Source: Geosiphon pyriformis uo1
Lineage: Eukaryota; Fungi; Glomeromycota
Length of the DNA stretch: 64,000 nucleotides
Assembly (NCBI GenBank): GCA_016748015.1
Contig: JAAOMT010000675.1
Span: 372,001 to 436,000 of the forward strand
Reading direction: 5' to 3'
The translations under genes were made by a program, and so were the position numbers. Of this stretch, positions 14,076 to 23,891 are shown piece after piece; position 1 is the stretch's first letter; each line of letters opens with the position of its first letter. The notes beneath the pieces are model-generated. The model saw only the letters and a list, made by a program, of their open reading frames with translations. It made no database searches and was not told where the DNA came from.

Positions 14076-15221
14076 CTAAAAACCGAGGAACCTAGCAGTG
14101 AAAAGCATTTCCATCGCTTTGATACCTCCCCATTCCAATATTTGCTTTAATCTCTCATCATCAACAGCTAGATCCCAACTAGCGGCAGCGAAAGCTAGCC
14201 CACCTTTTTTCAAATCGTTATCACCATGTCTCCATCCAAGCATAAAGAGCACATCCCAATTTCCAAGGTTGACCGTCTTCACCATTTTATAGACGGCTAT
14301 TCTTGCCAGTTCAGGAATTACCCTCATGCAAGCCTCATCATACAATTCTGGAAGATTTTCGGTGGGAAGATTATCTTGTAGCTTATTTGTGTACAAGTAA
14401 CAAAGAATGGCCCGAAAAGTGACGTAAGTAACATTAGGGATGAATATTCTTTTGTCCTGAGATTCTTTCCAATCACCACGTAACATTCGGTCGAAATAAG
14501 GCGAAGTTGTAGAAAGGATTGCTCGATGTGCAGGAATTTTTGAGCCGCATTCAAAGGTGAATAAAATATCTGAGAAAGTTTCGTCATCAAAAAGATGGGC
14601 AAATGGCGAAACATTCGTGCTACTCATCTCATTGGTCAAACAGTTTGAAGACTGTTGTAAACATTCATACTCATTTCTAATATCGATTCGAACATACAGA
14701 TCAACATTTGTGAATTTATCACCATCCGGAAATATGTCATTGATGGCACAGAATTGATTGCGACCCCAAGTACATTTCACCGTGCCGAATTCGAAAACTT
14801 GTTCTTTCTTTCCAATGGTCCCTAGAGGTCGGTAGGAATTTGGAAGATTTTCATTTGGTCTTTGTGAACGAAATATTCTCATTTCCCAATGAACCATTCT
14901 CGTATTTACTCCTTTCAACCTCTCCTCGGAACTTTTAAATGCCTGTAAGAATCCGGAAACATGGTCAGGGGACTCTGGGGTACCTTTTGGTTTGAGTAGT
15001 ATTCGCCATAAATAGGGTTGTTTTAGAGGAGGACAGGCAGGAGACGCAAAAAGATCACTACAAACACTGCGATCCAAACTGGCTATTTCATAGAGTTGTT
15101 GAAAAGATTTTATTTTCCAGGTATAGTTGAATCCTGCCTGAGGTTCTCCTGAATTATTAGTATTAGTTTCTTCGTTTAACAATTGCGACATATCCATGGC
15201 TGGAACGGGTAAAACAGACAT
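14076..15221 (-). CDS. MATH-BTB/POZ domain protein
   Basis: MATH motifs YTWKIKSF, WRILLKPKG, TWGRNQFC. BTB motifs FSDILF...IPAHRAILSTTSPYFDRML...FRAILCYLYT. Confidence 0.9.
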   Translation of the reverse strand: MSVLPVPAMDMSQLLNEETNTNNSGEPQAGFNYTWKIKSFQQLYEIASLDRSVCSDLFASPACPPLKQPYLWRILLKPKGTPESPDHVSGFLQAFKSSEERLKGVNTRMVHWEMRIFRSQRPNENLPNSYRPLGTIGKKEQVFEFGTVKCTWGRNQFCAINDIFPDGDKFTNVDLYVRIDIRNEYECLQQSSNCLTNEMSSTNVSPFAHLFDDETFSDILFTFECGSKIPAHRAILSTTSPYFDRMLRGDWKESQDKRIFIPNVTYVTFRAILCYLYTNKLQDNLPTENLPELYDEACMRVIPELARIAVYKMVKTVNLGNWDVLFMLGWRHGDNDLKKGGLAFAAASWDLAVDDERLKQILEWGGIKAMEMLFTARFLGF

Positions 15222-15305
15222 GAAGTACTGTGAAAATATTAGACAATCGTCCCGAAGTCGGTGACTTGAAAAAAGAATGTAAAAAAAGAAAGGTTAATGG
15301 TAGTT

Positions 15306-15336
<31 letters not shown>

Positions 15337-16039
15337 ACCGAAAAAGGTTATCGAAATATAAGATTAAAAAGCAAAAGCAAACGATATATATACTGCCAGG
15401 GCTACAAGCTGCGGTTTAAATTTTTTTTGGTGGTTGTATCTGCTATAATGCGGGAAATCAGTGATGTATTAGCTATATATAAGAATTTATTTAAGCTCAC
15501 CTGATTGGGTTAAATTTCCAAGGATAAATTAATTGGGTATAGGTCATAAATGCTGATATTGAAATTTAGTTTTAGGTGAACGTGACTCACCATTTAATCA
15601 GGCTATTAAAACACAGATCTTTTGATCATTGATGGGAAGTTTTTCACGCACTAAAAGATTTTGATCTCATGAAATTTTGGAAAAAACAGCGACATATATA
15701 TCAAAAGTTTTCCAAAATATAAAATTCCCACATATGGGCAGTTTGATTCATATCATGACGATTTCGTGAAGAAATGATCTTATCAAAAGAAAGTCTAGAT
15801 AACGATGAAAGAGACTATATCTTTGTGTTTCTAAAGCTTAACCATAAGAGGAATTTACAAATATTAATTAGTCACAAAAGGTGAATGAATCACGGGAGGA
15901 GGAGAAGGAGGAAGAGGAGGAGGGTTTGATAGAGTGGATATGGAAGAGTAACTTGACAATTCTCAAGATTTACAAAAGAACAAATAAATTTACTTTGAGC
16001 CTGCGAGGAAAACTTCTCCCAAAGATAATATGGATGCTA

Positions 16040-16592
16040 TCAAAATTGTGAGGCAAATATTTTGTAACCACACCATATTAAAGTAATCCATGATGATATT
16101 AAGAGGGCTCCCAGCATGGCTGGAATAAAAAAGAATAGTCCTATAAAAACTGTAATTGATCGCAGAAAACATTAAAAAATTGATTCCTTTGAATGGGGTT
16201 TCGTTAATTAATTTACATTTATAAGATTTCTTACCAATAAACAATGAAATTCCAGTCCCAATAACAGCACATATCAACAGACCGAACCAACAAATCACGG
16301 CCGGTACGCAGGTAATCAAACCGCCAATTGCGAATGCCATTGCCAGCCATAGTGAAAGTGGGGTATAGGTAATGGTCGCGAAGACTGTAGTAAAGATGTG
16401 TTGCATTTCTAGCAAATTAATACCAAACATGCTTGTTCCTACTAGGAATTGTTGTCTATATTGGTGCTGATGAATTTGAAGCTCAGGCTGATATCTTGGG
16501 GGTACATTTTGCTGTTGCGTTCGCACGTTAGGTGGGGGTCGTTGAGGTATTTGCGGATGCTCTTGCTGAGACATTGTTATTCCAGGAACCAT
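16040..16592 (-). CDS. Second promethin/LDAF1-like membrane protein; exons 16592-16235, 16140-16040
   Basis: Q/P-rich N-terminus, then hydrophobic YTPLSLWLAMAF...SLFIG|LFFFIPAMLGALLISSWITLIWCGYKIF*. GTAAG..TAG intron. Confidence 0.6.
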
Positions 16593-18529
16593 ATAATCAA
16601 AAATTACGGAACCACTTGAAAGATAATATTTAATATTTTGGATGATGATGAGCAAAGAAGTAAAAGGGAAAGTGAAATTTATGAAGAAAGCAGAAGAGAA
16701 GAAATTATATAAAAGAATTAAGAAATAGATAGTTATCTATGGTTCAAATTAATCAACCGTGAAACCTCGATGAATTTCCTGGCTCTAACAGATGGTTAAT
16801 TTTTATCAAAGCAATAATCTCAATGTATGGCATGATTTTTTTTTTTTTTTAACGATGAACTTTTGTTCTGTATGTTGGAAAGCAAATTTTCATTGGGAGA
16901 CATTTTAAAATCTGGAATTTATATAAATTCATTAATGAAGCTCATTCATTTTTTACTTGAGATGAAATTTGACATTCATTCATTAACTAATCATGCTTTA
17001 CAGTTTTTTAATATTCTAAACTTTTTTCAAAGTTTTTTATCAAATTTATCTTTGTTTTTTTAAATTAAAAAAGGCAAATAATTTTTTTTTCGAAGAAATT
17101 CAAATTTTTCATATAAATTTCTGTTCGAAATTTCAAACAATATCTTTTGAATAAAAATTTTCGATAAAATATTTAGCAAAATTGTTTTGCTTAAATTTAT
17201 TTATTTTTTTATAATGAATGAATCAAAAATATCATATTTTTCTACCACTTTGGATTTTTCAGTCTTTAAAAATTAAAAAGTTATTTAAAGAAAAATATTC
17301 CTTTTTTTATTTTGCCAATTTTGTTCAATTTAATTAATAGGATTAGTGAAACAGGTAAACATTTTTATTTTGTCATGTCTATCGTTTAAATTGAAACAGT
17401 TAATCAATTGTTTTTTTTAAAAAAAATTTAGAACCAATATTAATATTTTATGTTTCCAAACTGGAAGGATCATTTGAATTTAAAGAAAATAACATTTTTT
17501 TTTTTCTGTTTTTCCATATTTATATTGAGAGTTTTATTATAATCAATTAACCCTTTGATTTGAGGCTGATTCACTTTTGAAAATAATTGCAAAGGTTTTA
17601 CTATAAATAAAATATTCTCTTCTATTTAAATTTCTTAAGCCCTAAATTACGATTTCTCCCAAAGATTCCGACTTTTAATTGGAATATAGCTTAGCCTTGT
17701 GTAAAGCATCATTTAAGTCATTGATGATAAATAGAAACTTGAAAGATTCCACATTTTAAAGTAATAAAAGATCCACGAAAAATTAAAAATGTTCACAAGC
17801 AGGATGAAAATACACTGAACAGAAAAAAGTTACTGAATAATCTACAATAAAGATATTTTTATCCATATCATAAATAAGTTTACTATAATTGAATACGTAT
17901 AATAATAATATACATGTCACAGTCAAATAGGATTGAATTTCTTTGGGGAATTATATTTAACTTTGGGAAAAATGATCTAATATTGTACAAATTCATTACA
18001 AGTTAAATTACCACAGATGTAATTAGAAGTGTATTGAATAACAAAAAACACGAGTAAATTATTAAATAATGCATGTATGTATGTCATATACTTGATCAAA
18101 TACAATTTCTCTTCATAATTTTGATTATTTTAAACAAAAACAATTATTTCAATAAAAGAGCGTTGACATACAACCTTAATATTTTATTTTTATTTTTAAA
18201 ATATTAAAACTATTTAATAAAAAAATTAAAATTATTTGCATAAATTAAAATTTAATATTTAGTATTTCCCTTTTGTTTGCAACAATTACAATTTGAAGTC
18301 GATTGAACATTTATAATACTAAATCACGAGATACTTTTTTGTGTAAAACGTATTCTATTATTTTTTTATTGTTTTTTCAAGTTCTTAAAATACTTGAAGA
18401 TTGAGGATTGCATTTTAATAATAATGCTCCTTAATAATTTTTTGCAATTATTGTATTACTATGACCTGTACAATTAATTAAAATTATTATTGTACATGAG
18501 TGTCTTTTACACAATAAGATTTAAGTGAA

Positions 18530-19620
18530 AAAATGAATTTAATTTGGGTTTTGTTAAAAAATTGTTTTTTATCTTAAATTTTGTTTTTTAATTTATTAGA
18601 ATTTGTTAGCTTTTAAATTATTAAGCATAAATCTTGTTTATTATTTTGTTTTTTGTTAAATTGTATTTATATATATATTATATAAATAATATAAAATTTT
18701 AAAAAAATTTTTTAATTATTAAATTTTTTTCATAAATAAAATTTTTAAAACTATAAAATAAAAAATTAAGTAATTTTAATTTTAGCATATTTTTTATTTT
18801 AAAATTAGAAATAATTTAATTTTTTTTTATAAAGATTAGTTTAAAAGGTAAAAAATTTGCATATATAATATATTGAATAAATAAATATTAATAATTGATA
18901 TTTGTTATTAAAAATTTTATTATTAATGTATTTACTGTTATTTTATTGTGTTTTTTCGTTAATATTTTTATTGTTATTTTTTTATTTTATTTATTAAGTA
19001 GTTTTAATTATTGTTTTAATTTAAAAATTTTTAAAATTTCTATTTTTTTATTTTTTATTTATCTTATTTATTTATTTTATGTATTTATCATCTATATATA
19101 ATATAACCAAAAAATTTAACTATTTAATATTAGGTTTAAAATTATTAAAATTATTTTTCCTATTAATATTGTTTTTTATTTGTTGTATACAAAAAAAAAG
19201 TTATTAATAACTTAACAAAATTCTAAAACAAACCAAAAATACAAGACAAAAAATACAAAATAAATTAAAATATTTTAATAACATATTCAATTATATATTA
19301 TTAATCAAATAATATATATAAATTATCTTCAAAAATAAATATTAAAACAATAAAAAAAATTTACAAATTAAACTTATATAACAAATATAATTTAAAACAC
19401 AATTTATAAAAAAATTTTTTTTTTTGATAATTTTTAAACTTAAAAAAATATAGATTAATAATATAATTTAAGTTTTAATAAAAAGCAATATAAAACAAAT
19501 AATTTTTTTTCAAATAAAAATACTGTTTTAAAAGTATATTTTCTAAATATTATTGATAAAATATTAATAAAGTTTTAAAATATAATATGCCAAATGCTTT
19601 ATTATATCATTTTTTTATTC
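18530..19620. other. Extremely AT-rich degenerate segment, probably a decayed repeat
   Basis: Almost no C or G. Same texture as 23400-23760, 30520-31230 and 32780-34030. Confidence 0.5.
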
Positions 19621-20025
19621 TTATGAGGCAAAACAATAACTATTTTTAATTCATCGTGAGATAAGTCGACGTCATGTTTTCCTATCTTGATTATTTCTTC
19701 GTAGGAACGTTTGATACCTCGACGTCACTTGCTAACCTAGCCTCTCGAATTAACGTTTCAGTTAATAGATCTCTCGTCGACAATTTTGATACACCCTGAC
19801 GCTACGCGATCTGACAAACAAAGTGAAACACTTCCCCATTCTTTCTTGATATAACATATCTTGTCACTCGTACACAATCCCCGAGTTGCGTGCTGAGTCC
19901 GGTGCTAATAATATATTTTTTAACATAAGGTGTAAATCTAACGGCAAACTGTTATTGAACTAGCCACAAAATATTGAGGTGATTATGCACTTTCGAAAAC
20001 ACGACATACTAAGTATACCCAACAC

Positions 20026-20410
20026 TAGGGATGTTAATCGGTCCTAACTTCAGGACCATCGGTCCCGCAGTAATTTTAGTCATGTGATAAAACAGACGAT
20101 TCTATAGGTTCGTCCCACCTTATTATTTAGTAATACAAAGATTAACGGTCAGCGTTTGTGATATTTTTATCATGAACACAAAAAAAATGAACGCGACATA
20201 CTATAAAATGATCATGACACGACTTTCTTTTATACGTGACAAAAAGAATTAGTTATGAATTTCGAACACACCATTTTTTCATATATAATGCCAATATTCT
20301 CTCTGACTCATTAACGGCAATAATTAAATCGTAATTTTTTAATCACGTCATAAACAGTCCAAGGACCGTCAGTTCCAAACAGGACTGGACCGGACCGATT
20401 AACATCCCTA
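20026..20410. mobile_element. Non-autonomous hAT-type DNA transposon (MITE), 385 bp
   Basis: Perfect 19-bp TIRs TAGGGATGTTAATCGGTCC (20026-20044) / GGACCGATTAACATCCCTA (20392-20410). Perfect 8-bp TSD CCCAACAC (20018-20025, 20411-20418). Subterminal GGAC/GTCC repeats. Confidence 0.93.
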
Positions 20411-20938
20411 CCCAACACAATACTTGAATGGCTGACCAATCACTTATGAGAGTAAAGACACGAAAAAGCAACTGATGAGACGATCTGCGCTGAGTATTAA
20501 TCAAAAATAACAATGTACCTGGCTTGGGTCGAAAGTGAAGAACGGCACGCAAAATTTCTGATTCGACAGTAATATGGATGTATGATCATTTTGCTCTATC
20601 AATAATATTGATTTTGTTCTTTATTAAGACATTTTTTATTATAGTGGGCACTACAAGACGGTTTCTCTTGCGACATACTTATATAGGAAATGAAAAAAAG
20701 GTTTATGATGTATTACTAATTGGAGAAAAAAGACAAAAGCGACACTTTTCAATGAACCGTTAGGATTTTATTCTTAGAGCCAAGTCCTACTCATCCACGT
20801 AAATGGTCTTGCTATGCAAGAGAAGAATAGCGTTTACTTTCACGTTAAAAAAGAAGCATAGGAATCCTATCATATACCCGATAAATAACGCGCAACGATT
20901 CTTTAAAAAAATAATCTCCAGAACCATCTTTATTAATA

Positions 20939-21114
20939 TAAAAATAAAATACATATAAAATAAAATACATATAAGATAAAATACATATAAGATAAAATAC
21001 ATATAAGATAAAATACATATAAGATAAAATACATATAAGATAAAATACATATAAGATAAAATACATATAAGATAAAATACATATAAAATAAAATACATAT
21101 AAAATAAAATACAT
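20939..21114. repeat. Tandem array of 11 x 16-bp ATAA(G/A)ATAAAATACAT
   Basis: Units counted directly. No spacers, so not CRISPR-like. Confidence 0.95.
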
Positions 21115-21124
21115 CTAACAAAAT

Positions 21125-22933
21125 CTAGTAATGTCGTGGAGTGGAAACTGTAGTACTCCCTTCCATTTGTCTTTCCGATGAGGAAACAGATGCATGGTAT
21201 AGTAAGGATAAATTAGTAATTACTATATTACGTAGAAGTAACAAAGTTTCTATAAATTTTGTTACAACAGCTACTTCTGAAAATTGTACGGGAATCTCAG
21301 CAGATTGTAAATGGAAATATCGGTGTACATTAACCATATCTCGTAAGAGAAGATTCAAGTACAATACATTACCTGCTACTTGTATACCTACAACACCAAA
21401 CTGATCTTTATCTGGTTTAAGAGTTTGGCGTATCCAATATAGTCCATCATTAGTCTCTCGCCATAACTTAATCTCATCGTCGGTCTTTTTTTGTGAGGTA
21501 CAAGTTAATCGAGAGCATTCCACGTACATAAGTTCAAAAACTGTCTCCAGATATTTGACTTCAAGCATAATATCTGGACGTCTTCCCGTGTGCCCTTCTC
21601 CCTTTCTATCAGCACTTGCAATACTTTGCTTCTCTGATGTACTAATAAAAAGGGAGTCTCCAAAAGGAAGATTTTTCAACGCCGCCCGGATGACAGATAC
21701 TATAACGGTTGATTGATACGTCCCTTCATTTAAAGTTTCTGCGAATTCCGGGCTGAATGCTGAATTATTCCAAATATCTTTCAAAACATTAAGAATTTCA
21801 TCAACCACGCATTCGATATCTTCTTTCGATTCTTTCCAAGCCCCATCGTGTATCAATTTAGCTGGTTTCGTCTTGGTTTCATGCCTTTTAAAACCAAGTA
21901 CAAATCTTCCACACTTTTCTTCAACCATTGACAAAGATGTAGGTATCATTTTACGGATAGGTTTCTAATGCAAATTATATATCATTAACATTGTTAATAA
22001 AGCATAGCCGAAAACATATATAATTCTTTACCATAAATCCTTTTTTTAAATTTGCTGGTAGGTTATTTACAAATTCGCAGTCATCACTAACCACCTGACT
22101 GGCTAAAGGATCTTTCCAAGATAGTTCCGTAATTGATACTCCATTTACACCAGATAATAAATGTTGATATAGGGAGCCCGTATCTCTTTGGAGTTTCCTC
22201 TTAAGCTCACTCATATTGTTTTCGATTTGGTCCGAGCTAAGAGGCTTTTCTTTAGTTGTTTTAACAACTCCAAGATCGTACAATGTGGAGACTCCCTCGA
22301 AAGCATCTTCAAACTAAAAAATAGATATACATTAGTTTTCAGTACTAAAAAAAACCATCATTCAAAAAACCATCATTAAAAAAATGTATATATTATCAGA
22401 ACATATGCAAAGTTATCATTTTTGTGCGGCCGTCACGCCAATGAAACTCTGTGTGATACTAAATTTCTACACAACAATATAGCCCTCTTATCCCCCGTAG
22501 AGGCGATAAGCTTTTCTCACAATAGGTTAGTAGGATAAACTACATTACTGCGTAACAGTCTATAGCTTAGATATCCCTCTATCGTGAGCAAGTGTTTATC
22601 GGGACCGGATAAATAGGATAATTGAGCTAATCTTCGGTAGTGAATCTTATAGTCGACCACATAATATCATCATATAATGAAATAATTTATAAAAAAAAAT
22701 CAATAGCTAACCTGTGAATGAATCTTAATAAGCTTTCGCCGACGCGAAGACCCATCCGCACGTAAATGATTGATAGTATAATTAACGACTTGGTTTAAAA
22801 TCGTTCTCAAATCATTTTTCGGAATCCAGGGGTTTTCTTCTAAGCCTTGATGAACAACGGAGGTGGCATTTATATGACGCTCTTCAGCATTGATTAAAAA
22901 ATTGTGAATTTTGTTGTGTAAAAAAGCAGACAT
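21125..22933 (-). CDS. Crinkler-type PD-(D/E)XK restriction-endonuclease-fold protein, 447 aa; exons 22933-22712, 22313-22032, 21964-21125
   Basis: Three phase-0 exons (74+94+279 codons) join with no stops. Motifs LNEGTY, GRRPDIM, YVECSR, DDEIKLWRE, FGVVGIQVAG. Confidence 0.8.
22392..22678 (-). ncRNA. Candidate intronic box C/D structured RNA (~287 nt)
   Basis: Box C AUGAUGA at 22673-22667, box D CUGA at 22399-22396, terminal stem AUUA/UAAU in K-turn register. Internal helices contain G-U pairs on this strand. cUACGg hairpin present. Confidence 0.6.
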
Positions 22934-23891
22934 ATTGATTAGTCGAATTGGAAGAAATAAAAGCTTTGTTATATCGCAAGTAAAAAAGCAATGAAAAAGC
23001 ATAACGTGGAGATACTGTCCTTTTAAAACGTTTCCCTCCGTTCATTTCTGGCCTCATTTAGGTATGGACGACGCAATCCACAACGAAAAAAACTTTTCAC
23101 AAAGAAAATGCATATGCCATGAGTTAGTCCATGACCTTCGAATTGCTTCTGTAGTATAGCATGGGATTTGTTGATCGAAGATCGGTGATTGCAACCCGAT
23201 GGATTATTTAATCAGCGGATATTAATGATATACGGCACATGTTATTCATGTTTCAGTACACGTTAATTGGTTATTTATATTAAAATAATTTTTTTTCATT
23301 GATCATAAATTTCACTAATAAACGAATCCACCTTTTTTTATACAATAATACTAATTCGAGTTAACTTGCTCTATGTATTATAACCCCTTATAATATAGAT
23401 GTAATAAAGATAACAATAGTATAAAATTTTAATTTACATAATAACAATTATCAGTTAATGTTAATAGCAAATACTATTTTATAATAACAGCAAGTACTAT
23501 ATTATAATAGCAATTAAAATAAATTATTATAATAAATTATTTTATAAAACTATAAACATATATATATATATATAATAATTTTAATATTAAGAAAAAACAT
23601 TTTTAGCTTTAAATTTAAATTTAAAAATCTAAAATTATTCTAAAATAAATATTTAATTGAAAATTGAATTATTATTATAAAACTATTATAAAACTTATTT
23701 TGTATTTATTATTAAACAAAATTATTATTTATTAATTAAAATTATTTAAAGATTAATTTTTTATTTTATTTTATTTTAACGAGTGAGATCCAAACACAAC
23801 CTAGCACTATACATCAAGAAGTTGATCTAAACTAGGCATGAATCATGCACTATCTACACATGACCAGCCATTCAGGCTGATTAGAACAATA

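Noticed and set aside
19988-20537. 9-bp inverted repeat CACTTTCGA/TCGAAAGTG around the MITE
   Set aside because: Short and without a TSD, so an outer element cannot be supported.
20787-21121. Three overlapping minus-strand ORFs (MYFILYVFYLICILS repeats)
   Set aside because: Artefacts of the stop-free 16-bp tandem array. No spacers, so not a CRISPR array either.
22400-22412. D-box guide as an snR74/U27-like guide for 18S Am28
   Set aside because: Only 7 nt (GCAUAUG) are complementary and the D+5 register is off by one.
22523-22530. CUAACCUA as a telomerase template in the intronic RNA
   Set aside because: It would template TTAGG, not the TTAGGG expected in this group, and it overlaps the pseudoknot strand.
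22545-22660. Group I intron R/S-like motifs on the plus strand (CGTAACAGTCTA, TATAGTC)
   Set aside because: P7 would be mismatched, no P/Q elements were found, and the G-U pairs favour the opposite strand. No RNase P/MRP, hammerhead or TPP consensus was seen either.
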